Positions 10,766-20,433 of a stretch of DNA of 64,000 nt are shown here, one piece after another. Numbering within the stretch: the stretch's first letter is position 1; each line of letters opens with the position of its first letter. The stretch covers positions 23,085 to 87,084 of the forward strand of contig JAVRCV020000016.1 of NCBI GenBank assembly GCA_034530615.2, given 5' to 3'. The position numbers were made by a program, and so were the translations under genes. The notes under the pieces were generated by a model. The model was not told where the DNA came from and made no database searches. It saw only the letters and a program-made list of their open reading frames with translations. The DNA is from Aulosira sp. ZfuVER01 (GTDB taxonomy: Bacteria; Cyanobacteriota; Cyanobacteriia; Cyanobacteriales; Nostocaceae).

Positions 10766-12823
10766 TTACCTGAGATGAGCAGTGCCAGAATTAGCAAAAT
10801 GGTCGAGGAGTTCGCGGTGCAGAAAGCGGTAACGCCCACCAACACGCAAGAGTAAGCGCCGTTCAACACAGTAGTTGAGGAATTGGGCAAGATTCCAGGG
10901 GATATCACCACTTTGCCAAAGAACGAGGCGCAGAGAAAAGTGCTGTACACAAGCAAGCCCACCACCTAACCAAAAGCCGAAAAACAGAGCCATAAATAGC
11001 CCTGGTAGCAAATATTGGGGAGAGTTGCGTAATAAAATTCCTGGTAAATCTAGCCAGTCATGCTTTTCTACTAGTCTACGAGCCACTGGAGTCGCCATCA
11101 TCACAATTACGCCAAGGGGATAACTCAAGGCTGTTGTCCATAGCATACTCTGTAATGAGTTCCAGATGCCTTGGTTGGGCTGCGATCGCACTTTTAATTC
11201 TTCCTTCAGCCCTCTAATCAGCCCGAAAATCAGCCCTCCAATCAGCCCTCCAATCAGCCCGAAAATCAGTCCTCCAATCAGTCCTCCAATCAGCCCGACA
11301 ATCAGTCCTCCAATCAGTCCTCCACTCAGCCCGACAATCAGCCCCTCGCGGAAACCTGCTAAAAATTTTCGTATTGCGTAGCGAGATATGGAAATTTGAA
11401 ATGCTTCTACAAGTTCAATCTTATTTAGCCCGAAAATCAGCCCGAAAATCAGCCCCAAAATCAGCCCCAAAATCAGCCCGAAAATCAGCCCGAAAATCAG
11501 CCCGGAAATCAGCCCCAAAATCAGCCCGACAATCAGCCCGACAATCAGCCCCAAAATCAGCCCGTAAATCAGCCGATAGCGTCGCTGTAAATGTTTAGAC
11601 TCAATCCAAGTCGGCTGCATTTGCTCAATTAGCAATTCTACTGTGTTGTTATCTTGCAACCGCTTTGCTATCCAACTTAAAGTGTGGCGGGTTTGCTGCC
11701 AACCGGGTTCTGCTGCCACTGTTTTATACGCCCATTTCCCTTCTTCCTTGTTTTGGCGGCGTTCTTGCTCACGGGTATCTCTCGACAACTGGCGGTCAAT
11801 ATACTTTTCTAATAAATCTGCTTTGTTGCTAATTGGCTGCTGGGGATCATACACATCGACTACCAGCTTAATGAACAACGGTACACGCAACAAACCCGGC
11901 TCGTTCTCTGAAGTCGGTTCTAGCAAATTGATTAAATTTGGATTTCTCTCAATCACTGACCATAATTCTGAACTGTTCAAGCTATAGAGATAATCTTGAA
12001 TTTGGGAGTCAGATAAAGGTTGGAGACACACCGCACCTCTAAGGTTGTTTAGCTTCTGGTTGACAGCCTCAAATTCTTTGATCCGACAGCAAACTACAAC
12101 ATGGGGATAATGACGGGCAAATTCATTAAGCTTGATGGTACATTTCTTTTGCCTTTCTAGCCCCAATTCATCTAACCCATCCAACAAAGGTAATAACACC
12201 CGTTGTTCTAGCCAACCCTCATAAATTTTATATTTGGGTTCTCCTCCGTGTAGTTCATAAAGTTGCTCAATTAACCATTGCTCAATGCTTTGGTTATCAT
12301 CCTGCCAAGTCGAAAGCTCAAATAAAACAGGGATGACAGTTTTGGGATTTTGCCGCGCCCCCCACACCAACTGCTCGGCTAAACCCAACAGTGCTGTAGT
12401 TTTCCCTGCTCCTGGCGCACCTAAAATTAGCAGTTTGCCGTTAATATCATCTCTTTCAAATATCTCAATTAGCAGTTTATTGGCATCTATAGTTCCATAA
12501 TCTTGACCATTAATCTGCAAACTTCGACTTACCCAAGATAACTGTTCAGCATAAGAGACACTCATGGCAATTCGCTGCTTACCCAAGGTATCAGTCAAGC
12601 GTTGACGAATATCCGGTAACTGTTTTTCTTTGAGCAACCGTTGTCCCCATTCCCAATTAACTTGCGGTGGCTGTGGGTTGCTAAACATCCGCAAGATAAT
12701 GTTATTGATTGTGACTTGGTTAGCTTGACTATTTTGAAAACTAACTGCGTCCCGGCTGGCCTGTGTCTGCTGAACTTCACTATTTTGCAGTGAACTATCG
12801 CCAATATCTTGATTTTGCTCCAT
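10766..12823 (-). CDS. NACHT-domain NTPase (bacterial NLR-like) with C-terminal Gly-Leu-Ile membrane repeats
   Basis: Walker A GAPGAGKT, Walker B LLDGLDE, VVCCR, PLF motif, GLIxG repeats, C-terminal GGRYRFLHRELLDHFA. Confidence 0.92.
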   Translation of the reverse strand: MEQNQDIGDSSLQNSEVQQTQASRDAVSFQNSQANQVTINNIILRMFSNPQPPQVNWEWGQRLLKEKQLPDIRQRLTDTLGKQRIAMSVSYAEQLSWVSRSLQINGQDYGTIDANKLLIEIFERDDINGKLLILGAPGAGKTTALLGLAEQLVWGARQNPKTVIPVLFELSTWQDDNQSIEQWLIEQLYELHGGEPKYKIYEGWLEQRVLLPLLDGLDELGLERQKKCTIKLNEFARHYPHVVVCCRIKEFEAVNQKLNNLRGAVCLQPLSDSQIQDYLYSLNSSELWSVIERNPNLINLLEPTSENEPGLLRVPLFIKLVVDVYDPQQPISNKADLLEKYIDRQLSRDTREQERRQNKEEGKWAYKTVAAEPGWQQTRHTLSWIAKRLQDNNTVELLIEQMQPTWIESKHLQRRYRLIYGLILGLIVGLIVGLILGLISGLIFGLIFGLILGLILGLIFGLIFGLNKIELVEAFQISISRYAIRKFLAGFREGLIVGLSGGLIGGLIVGLIGGLIGGLIFGLIGGLIGGLIFGLIRGLKEELKVRSQPNQGIWNSLQSMLWTTALSYPLGVIVMMATPVARRLVEKHDWLDLPGILLRNSPQYLLPGLFMALFFGFWLGGGLACVQHFSLRLVLWQSGDIPWNLAQFLNYCVERRLLLRVGGRYRFLHRELLDHFANSGTAHLR
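11216..11575. repeat. Two tracts of 12-bp tandem repeats (AATCAGCCCxxx) encoding GLIx repeats of the NACHT protein
   Basis: Visible at about 11216-11345 and 11426-11575. Confidence 0.9.
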
Positions 12824-12845
12824 TACCCATAATCAATAAGAATCT

Positions 12846-13289
12846 CTACATTCCAATGAGTTTTGCCGCTACTCCTAACCAGGGAGTAATAGCTTGAAAA
12901 ACTTCCTGTCCTGTTTGCCACAAGCTTTTTCCGGCTTCTGTGGTTTCTTTCATCGTTTTGAGAGTCTCATTGACTTGTTTGAGATTCTGCCCTACCAAAT
13001 CTTTGTTCGGTTCTTCCTTGTTGACTTCGCGCTTGGCGGGGCGTAAATAGTCCAGTAGTTCATCTTTTTCATCTGGAGTTAGTGAAGCAGCTTTAATGGC
13101 TGTTTCCAAATTCTCCAATTGCTTAACTACATCGGTGTTAGTGATTTGCTGCTGTGTGTCTAGTTTGCTCGATTGACTTTGCTGAAGATCGCGTCCTGCC
13201 TGTCCTTGTTGAATCGCACTCCCAGTTAAATTTACACCACTAATACTTTGAGATTGGCTTGGTTGTTCTGGTTGTTTTTTACCAAACAT
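12846..13289 (-). CDS. Hypothetical protein, putative NACHT-associated effector (Q/S/G-rich N-terminus plus helical domain)
   Basis: 147-aa ORF ending 22 bp upstream of the NACHT gene, same strand. Confidence 0.75.
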   Translation of the reverse strand: MFGKKQPEQPSQSQSISGVNLTGSAIQQGQAGRDLQQSQSSKLDTQQQITNTDVVKQLENLETAIKAASLTPDEKDELLDYLRPAKREVNKEEPNKDLVGQNLKQVNETLKTMKETTEAGKSLWQTGQEVFQAITPWLGVAAKLIGM

Positions 13290-13462
13290 AGCTTTTTTGT
13301 TAGTTTTGCTCTTATATATAGTTCTGCAATTTCTGGATCTACTGCAAAATTGCTATTCATCCAGTTCAGTAATGGTATCAATATTAACAATTCAAAATTC
13401 AAAATTAAAGACATTTAGGAGAATTTCAAGACTTGTGTATACACCGTAGCCCGGTGGGAGAG

Positions 13463-14620
13463 CAGGGCTGTTTCATTCCACAAGGGCAAGAAGTTTGTCA
13501 ATATCATGAGAGAGAAATCTTTGAGCAATTGTGATGGAAGTATGACCATTTCGGCGCAGTATGTTGAGAGCGATCGCTCTCAAAATGGAAAGATTTGCGG
13601 GAGCGTTGCCAAGACGGATTGTGGAATTATCTTCTTTGAAAACAACATCTTTTACCCAATGGAGGGAATTTTCGATACCCCAGTGACCGCGAATACAGAG
13701 AGCGAACTCCTTCGCTGTACAAATCAAACTGCTAATGTAACAAACAATTTCATGATATTTCTTACCTTTTCTTGTGCCAGTTCTTTCGACCCTGACTAAA
13801 GATTGTATTCCAGTCCATGCCGGGTCAATTCCATTGACATCATGGAAAACTTCGACAATACGTGTTGTAAATCTATCTCTAGTTCTTTCTGACTCAACTA
13901 AACGAGAAGTTGGTTTTTTGGTGGCGGCAATGCCTTGAATATGGCTATGTAGTTTGGGCTGATTCTCTTTAACAGCAATGACATAATCATTGCCACTTTC
14001 TATAATTATTTGGCAAGTTTTTTTTGACAATGTAAGGAATCAAAGCTCAAAACCACACCTTCTAGACCCAATGCTGTGACTAGCTCTTGTACAACTTGGA
14101 TTTCGCTTTTGAGTTGGTTCTCAAATTTCTCCATCCCGATAACCAGCCCTTTTTTGCCAGCGAATACTGATACTATGCTCACAAAATTCTGATGAGATGA
14201 ACTATAGTTTTGCACTGTACCCTTAATACTTTTACCGTCTATTGCACACCATTCCGATACTTCTAAATCCACATATTTCTTTGCCCACTCATTAAATTTT
14301 TGAGCCAGTTTCTCGAAATCCACTCCCATGACTACACGTCGGATTGTCGAATATGAGGGAACTCCATGTTTTTGAATTCCAAATATTTCTATGAGCGCCA
14401 AACGATGCCGTTTGACAAAATCCCCCCATGCACGATACCCGACATATCCACTCATGGTGCCCATTATTACAAATAGCAACACTAGCCAAAGTTGATGTCT
14501 TCGACCATCTGTCGTTCTCAAATCTTCAACCTGCTGTAGTTGTTCAATCAAATTTGCACCCATGATTTTTTCCCCTCAACACTTGCAATTTTACTTGTTT
14601 TAGGGAATGAAACAGCCCTG
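13463..14620 (-). mobile_element. ISAs1 family insertion sequence (1158 bp)
   Basis: Perfect 17-bp TIRs CAGGGCTGTTTCATTCC / GGAATGAAACAGCCCTG enclosing the transposase ORFs. Confidence 0.93.
13473..14563 (-). CDS. ISAs1 DDE transposase split in two ORFs by a -1 shift at an A8 run
   Basis: ORF1 has PSYSTIRR, AIDGKSIKG, FDSLHCQKK; ORF2 has DYVIAVKENQ, RGHWGIENSLHWVKDVVFKED. Overlap at CAAAAAAAACT (about 14017-14026). Confidence 0.9.
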
Positions 14621-14737
14621 CTTATTAAGGGGAGCCACTGCGTTGCGGGGGTTCCCCCCGTTGTAGCAAGTGGCGTGGATTTAGGGGGATCAAATATCTT
14701 GAGCAACAAAGCCTTTCACCTTAAGTTGACACCAATG
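14621..14737. mobile_element. Truncated MITE (right TIR only) abutting the IS
   Basis: Ends in TTAAGTTGACACCAATG (14721-14737), same TIR family as 10515-10709. Carries the 46-nt hairpin element at 14631-14676. Confidence 0.65.
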
Positions 14738-14825
14738 CCTCTACTATATGCAGGCGACGGAATTTTTGAGACCGATGAACACAGGGTAATATAAATTATC
14801 CTCAGCAGTATTGAGGTAAAGCCAA

Positions 14826-15010
14826 ATGGTTTTGACTCCTCAACAATTAGAAGCCATGATGCCTGACGCTAGTCAGCTACTAAGCGATGAGCCAGAAATG
14901 GAAAGTTCTCTGCATTACGCCCAGCTATTATTACTCGTCACCTGTTTAGAATGGCTTTGGCGCGATTCGCCTGACGGCGATAGCTCCGCTTCACGCAATG
15001 ATTACTTTCT
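14826..15010 (+). pseudogene. 5' fragment of a Uma2 family gene
   Basis: LLSDEPEMESSLHYAQLLLLVTCLEWLWRD..RNDYF resembles a Uma2 N-terminus. Homology breaks off at a TACGAAT repeat at the 3' end of the convergent gene. Confidence 0.7.
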
Positions 15011-15022
15011 ACGAATTACGAA

Positions 15023-16696
15023 TTATGATGATTTCAACTTAAATTCATCAAACTTAACTACTTCAGAATCCGGCTTGCGGGTATCAAAGCGGTAGCTGCT
15101 AACTTTACCTGTCTCAGTATCAAAAATACTAAAAACTGTGATGTCATTACTCGCAATATAAGGCATAGGTTGACCATCTTCCCTTAATAATGGAGCAATT
15201 GTTGGTACTACAGGTTCTAAACCATTAGGATCGCCCAATACAACATATTCTTCTTGATACCCAATCGGAACTTCTCGCTTTCTATCACCCCAAGCTGCAC
15301 CATAAGAGTTACCAACATTAGATGTTTCTAAAAAGTGCATTCCACTATAACTAACGAAGCGATTCCATAAATGAGAATGACCATATAAAACAAATTGCAC
15401 ATCAGCCTTCTCTAGTAAGGGTATAACATCGCGGATAATATAATCAGCATTTTTAGGATATTCGTAACGCACGGCTTTGATGTTACCAGTACTATCTCGT
15501 TCAATTATCTGAACTGGATCTGTATAAGCTGGGACAATGTTATCACCCAAAGTATGAGGTGGATGATGAAACATCACAACTTTGTATTTTGCCTGTTTAA
15601 ATTCATCACTATTAAGTTCTTTTTCTAGCCAATTGTACTGCTGGCTACCTTTGGTAATTGGTTCATAAATTAACTGTCCATAACCCCAATTTTCAGAATT
15701 ATTTAAATCTTGTGCTACTTCCTGATATCTACCTCTATATGGTGCATCCAATTTAGGAGTGCGCCACATATTTGTAATATATAGCACGACCAAACGTACA
15801 TCACCAAAGTTAACTGCATAATATCTTTTTCCACCTTCTTTACTTTTTGGTAAGGTGAAAATTTCTTCGTAGGTATCAGTATTAAAAGAATTATCTTTCA
15901 GTGATTTACCGCTATATAATTTTTGGGCAACTGTACGGGGAATCGTATCATTAAATTCATCATCTAAGCTTGCAGTTCTGGCGAACCTTCCCATCACCTC
16001 ATGATTGCCAATGCAAGGAAATATTGGTGCGTGTTGAATTATTTGTCCGCCAGTATAGGATGTCTGCACGCCGTTGTGATTCATTTCATAGTTAGCGCGA
16101 CCTTGTAAAGCGGGAAAAAACGCACCACCGCGATTATCATCAAACCATTCAGAAGCGCGATCGCTCACATTAACTAAATCGCCAGCAAACCACACTGCAT
16201 CAACTCGTCCTACTGTCTCTACCACTTTTTGCAGATTTGCTGCTGTCATCGGTTTAAGTTGATGGTCTGAGGTGAGTAAAATTTTCAGTGGTGTCCCTGG
16301 TTTGGGGTTAGGTGCGAGGGTAAAAATATCGCTGCTAACACTCTCGCCATCTTCTCGCACACTTTTTATCCGATAATTCACCCGTACACCAGGAGTTAAC
16401 CCAGTTACCTCAGCTTCATGTCGCCAAATGTCACGCATAACAGGTTGTTGATACACCTGTCCATTTTCGGTTTGGGTTCCAACACGCGATCGCTGGTCTT
16501 CCCGTGTGCGACTGAGTTTAATTGTACTTGCCCAAGCAGTCTGATTGAGATTTTCCCCATAATTGGCTATATGTTTACTACCTGCAAATTCTGTAAACCA
16601 AACTACTCGCACTGAGGTTTCAGTTGGCAGTTGCAAAAATGGATCGGTCAGCAATTTGGGTGCTGAGGTCATAATTGTTTGCCCAGATGAACGCAC
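15023..16696 (-). CDS. Metallophosphoesterase (purple-acid-phosphatase-like, FN3-like N-domain)
   Basis: Calcineurin-like motifs SDHQ, GDLVN, GNHE, HHPP, GHSH. Confidence 0.88.
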   Translation of the reverse strand: MRSSGQTIMTSAPKLLTDPFLQLPTETSVRVVWFTEFAGSKHIANYGENLNQTAWASTIKLSRTREDQRSRVGTQTENGQVYQQPVMRDIWRHEAEVTGLTPGVRVNYRIKSVREDGESVSSDIFTLAPNPKPGTPLKILLTSDHQLKPMTAANLQKVVETVGRVDAVWFAGDLVNVSDRASEWFDDNRGGAFFPALQGRANYEMNHNGVQTSYTGGQIIQHAPIFPCIGNHEVMGRFARTASLDDEFNDTIPRTVAQKLYSGKSLKDNSFNTDTYEEIFTLPKSKEGGKRYYAVNFGDVRLVVLYITNMWRTPKLDAPYRGRYQEVAQDLNNSENWGYGQLIYEPITKGSQQYNWLEKELNSDEFKQAKYKVVMFHHPPHTLGDNIVPAYTDPVQIIERDSTGNIKAVRYEYPKNADYIIRDVIPLLEKADVQFVLYGHSHLWNRFVSYSGMHFLETSNVGNSYGAAWGDRKREVPIGYQEEYVVLGDPNGLEPVVPTIAPLLREDGQPMPYIASNDITVFSIFDTETGKVSSYRFDTRKPDSEVVKFDEFKLKSS

Positions 16697-17066
16697 GTTT
16701 ACCAGCGTAATGCATATAGTCAGCAGAAATACAAGGACTAAGAGTAATTTCCGGTTATTTAGACCTTTAGTTATAGCAACTTTAGGGAGGGTTTTCCTGC
16801 CACTGGGGCTCGGCTTTACTCTCTAATAGAGTAATTTTTAACCCTCCTAGATATTTATACTTCGATAAAGCAATTGGTTACTTCCTCTAACTCACTTCAC
16901 AATTGGCTATATCCTTACTTTTGCAGCATTCTTAATATCTTCGACTGCGGGTAAATTTGGCTAAAAATTTTTGATATCCTCTGACCTTTTGTAATACTTC
17001 CCCACTAAGCTGAATAGATGGGGATTGTTTTATTGGGTTCCTATTTGTTATTTGCCTGTTCTCTGA

Positions 17067-18008
17067 TTAACTTATATGATAACGGCTCTTACCAAATGCC
17101 TTTGCCTGATACATTGCAGTATCTGCTTTACGCAAAATTTCTTCGGGTGATTTATCATCTGCTGTGATTATTGATATACCAATGCTCACCGAACAAGATA
17201 TTTGCTGACCGTTCAATACAAAAGATTGTTTGAGTGCAGCAATAACTTGATTGGCTATACGAGCTGCACAACGAAAATCTTTGATATCTTCTAATAAAAT
17301 TACAAATTCATCTCCACCCAGCCGTGCAATAAAATCTCCCCATCGTAATGTAGACTTTAGCCTCTGGCTAATTTCAATCAAAAGTTTATCTCCAGTATCA
17401 TGACCAAAATTGTCATTGATTGCCTTAAATCCATCCAAATCTAGAAACAAAATAGAGGAAAAATAGTTGGCATAATACTGTTGACATTCCAGCACGTAAT
17501 CCAATTGCTGCATAAAGTAAGCTCGATTTGGTAAACCTGTGAGAGGATCGTGCATCGCAATCCGGCGTAATTCTTCTTCAAGTTGTTTGCGATCTGTGAT
17601 GTCACGAATGATATTAAGCAAATAAGTTTTTTTTTGCCATTCTAAAAGCTTGACTGATAATAACCCAGTCCGTTTTTCACCATTTTTCAGACAAAATTCA
17701 ATTTCTAAATTTTGAATATCTTCCTGCGTAGTTAAGCTTTTCTGAATTTGTGAATACCCTTCAAGGGTAAATCCCATATCTAATAATGTAATCGGGTAGC
17801 CAATAACATTCTCTCTACTATAGCCAGTTACCTTTAAGAATGTTTTATTAATTTCTACACAATATCCTTTGCCTAATGTAGTTATTAAAATTAAATCAGG
17901 AAAATAATCAATAACTTTTAAAAAGGTATCTTGGGAATATTCATTTGTTATTTGATTTGCTTTTAAATCAAATATACCAGCTTTGCAACTAGTATTCCTA
18001 GGTTTCAT
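17067..18008 (-). CDS. PAS-domain diguanylate cyclase
   Basis: PAS/PAC ending IIRDITDRK, HDPLTGLPNR, LDLDGFKAINDNFGHDTGD, intact GGDEF. Confidence 0.93.
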   Translation of the reverse strand: MKPRNTSCKAGIFDLKANQITNEYSQDTFLKVIDYFPDLILITTLGKGYCVEINKTFLKVTGYSRENVIGYPITLLDMGFTLEGYSQIQKSLTTQEDIQNLEIEFCLKNGEKRTGLLSVKLLEWQKKTYLLNIIRDITDRKQLEEELRRIAMHDPLTGLPNRAYFMQQLDYVLECQQYYANYFSSILFLDLDGFKAINDNFGHDTGDKLLIEISQRLKSTLRWGDFIARLGGDEFVILLEDIKDFRCAARIANQVIAALKQSFVLNGQQISCSVSIGISIITADDKSPEEILRKADTAMYQAKAFGKSRYHIS

Positions 18009-18103
18009 ATGTTAAATATATGTTATTAACAGATAATCATAATGTTTTTAATCGTTATTCACTAAAAGTATTAGTTATTCTTAAGCTATTCCGAATTAAA
18101 GGT

Positions 18104-20329
18104 CTAAAGAAACATCGGAATTGGATTAAGCTGAAATTCTGTTAATTCTGTTGTTAACCAACCCATATTTACAGGTACATCGTATAATCGACCTGGAGCA
18201 AACTGCGCCCAAAAGTGTCGCAGACCAGGAACAACAACTTTCACAACATCCATACCAATATCTGGACGTGTTTGATCGAGAACAAAAATTTCTAGCCCCT
18301 GTTTAGCAGCTAAATCAACACAAGCCAGAACATCATCTCGCAAGTCATGAGTGTGGTAATCAGGATAGTCTGCAAATACTTTAGGAACTATATTGGCATC
18401 AGGAGTTAGGTAAGCTTGGTTTGCTAATGTCGCATTTTTGCACCAGTTTTGCATATCTTGACGAGTAAATTTAGCTGGTGAATGAGGATTTCCTCCATTG
18501 GAAAGAAATATCATTTGGTTCATTTCAGTAACAGCACGCAATATAGCAACTTTGGGGTTGAAGTGAGTTCCAAACCCAAAGAGAATATCTTCTGACTGTT
18601 GATTTAAGCGCCGGGAAATTGCTGCAAATGTGGGAATATTTAAATCGGTAGTAAGGTCTAATACCCAAAAATCACGACCAATAAATGTATAGTATGTTTT
18701 TAATTTATGCAGATAAGGTTCATCAAAGCTGTCCAGATCTACAGCAGGTTTATGTAAACGGTTGTACCACCAGATTGCTACTGCATCCCGTTCTACCAAC
18801 TCCATAAATCCTTGAAGAATAGCTTCTTCTTTAGTAGTTCCCGCCGCAGTTCCATTGGTGTCTGCATAACAAAAGCAGTGACCTTCAGGTAAGGGATAGC
18901 CATAATAACAATATGCTGTTGGCAGATACTTGAATTGTTGTTGGGTAAGCGACCAGATGGGAGTCCATTCAATTTCTTGGCTTTCATCAAAGGGATCGGG
19001 TATCCATTGAATTATCTGGTGCTGCTGATTCCAAGTTTGGCGATCGCGGTATTGATTTGCGCTATAGTGCATGAATTCATAGGGATGAATTGCCGATTGT
19101 TTGAGATTGGCATAACTAGCTTTTATCCTTGTTTCTTCTCCGGTAAAGGTTCCTGAATAGCGCTCAATTGCTTCTCCCAAAGCACTCATTTTTGCTTGAG
19201 CTGCTGTTTTTCCTTTACCAAAGCTTTTATTGTGTAAATCCTCTAATTGTCTACCTTCCCTAGGAAAACTATGCTCGACAACATAAGCGTGAATCAGCTC
19301 GTTCTGCTGGAAGGGTTGAAATAAACTTTTGATGACTCCTGTAATCGGGCTAATATGATGTTCGTAATTTTGAAAAGCTTTTTCTGGTAAGTAACTGCGA
19401 AAACCGCTATCAGCACTCAATTGCTTTGGCTGGCTATTCAACACCAATGGTTGCGGTTCCCGTTGACTTATGGTGAGTTCGCCACAACAATGACATTGCG
19501 GACGACGAACTAAGGTATGGCGTTGCAGGTTGAGATTGATCAGATCGAAAGTGAGTAAAGTTCCTTCTAGAGGATGCTGTTTAGGGTTACTTAACCATTT
19601 AGCAATTTCAGTCGCTGCGAGATTTAACCCAGTTTGTACAGTTGAAGCTAAAGCAGCACGAGACACAGGAAACGGATTTAAGGTTTGCTTTTGCTCTTGT
19701 AGAAAAGACTCAACCTCACGATTCATTTTTAAACGTTGTGCTAAACATTCCCAACACCCTGTATAAGCAGGCCGAAAGATGGGGCCAATCCAAATCACAC
19801 CTCCCACTGGTTTAACTAGTAGCCAAGAACGCCTCTCTTGTAAAGCTTCTCGGTTAAATATTGCCAAACCAGGTTGAAGATAATCATCTGTAAGCACAAC
19901 AGCAAACTTACCAGAATCACTAATGGGAATGTTGAGGGATTCTAAGATGGCAGTTAATGGCTCAGATTTGACACTACCAAAAGTAGTGATACAAACTTTA
20001 GCTTCTTGGAGAGTTTGAGTTACAAGGTTAGCATCTCTATTGAGCAGTCCCCAAAAAGCCGATTCCGCAAGTGGGGTGTTATCGGCGTTAGTGATGTATC
20101 CTTTGCGTTCCAGCTGCTCTAAAGCATATATAGTTTCATCCGCCGAAGCTTGTCCTTGCAGCTGTTGAGCAATTTCCTCTACTGTGTAAAGCCCATTGAG
20201 TAGAGGTGCTAGTAGGCAGTATAAACGCCCACTTAAGATAAAATGCCCCTTCTCACTCAATAAAAATACCGTTCTCGGAGGCGATACCTCAACATGAAAG
20301 TACTCTTTGAACTTCGGCTGAATGAGCAT
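18104..20329 (-). CDS. TOMM/cyanobactin-type fused leader-binding, E1-like and YcaO cyclodehydratase (PatD/TruD-like)
   Basis: GPIFRP..GCWECLAQRL and RRPQCHCCG in the E1-like part. GKGKT..QAKMSALGEAIERYS, TNGTAAG, ELVERDA, RAVTEMNQ YcaO motifs. C-terminal PIPMFL (PxP). Confidence 0.92.
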   Translation of the reverse strand: MLIQPKFKEYFHVEVSPPRTVFLLSEKGHFILSGRLYCLLAPLLNGLYTVEEIAQQLQGQASADETIYALEQLERKGYITNADNTPLAESAFWGLLNRDANLVTQTLQEAKVCITTFGSVKSEPLTAILESLNIPISDSGKFAVVLTDDYLQPGLAIFNREALQERRSWLLVKPVGGVIWIGPIFRPAYTGCWECLAQRLKMNREVESFLQEQKQTLNPFPVSRAALASTVQTGLNLAATEIAKWLSNPKQHPLEGTLLTFDLINLNLQRHTLVRRPQCHCCGELTISQREPQPLVLNSQPKQLSADSGFRSYLPEKAFQNYEHHISPITGVIKSLFQPFQQNELIHAYVVEHSFPREGRQLEDLHNKSFGKGKTAAQAKMSALGEAIERYSGTFTGEETRIKASYANLKQSAIHPYEFMHYSANQYRDRQTWNQQHQIIQWIPDPFDESQEIEWTPIWSLTQQQFKYLPTAYCYYGYPLPEGHCFCYADTNGTAAGTTKEEAILQGFMELVERDAVAIWWYNRLHKPAVDLDSFDEPYLHKLKTYYTFIGRDFWVLDLTTDLNIPTFAAISRRLNQQSEDILFGFGTHFNPKVAILRAVTEMNQMIFLSNGGNPHSPAKFTRQDMQNWCKNATLANQAYLTPDANIVPKVFADYPDYHTHDLRDDVLACVDLAAKQGLEIFVLDQTRPDIGMDVVKVVVPGLRHFWAQFAPGRLYDVPVNMGWLTTELTEFQLNPIPMFL

Positions 20330-20433
20330 AATTTTGGTAGTTAAATATAGATGCAGTCAACCCCTTAGGGAAATTCAAAATTCACAATTCAAAATCTAAA
20401 ATGCAGTAAATGTTTTTCTGTAATCAAGATGAT

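Noticed and set aside
11166..11598. Plus-strand ORFs with SPPI / SARK repeats
   Set aside because: Antisense shadows of the NACHT 12-bp GLIx repeats.
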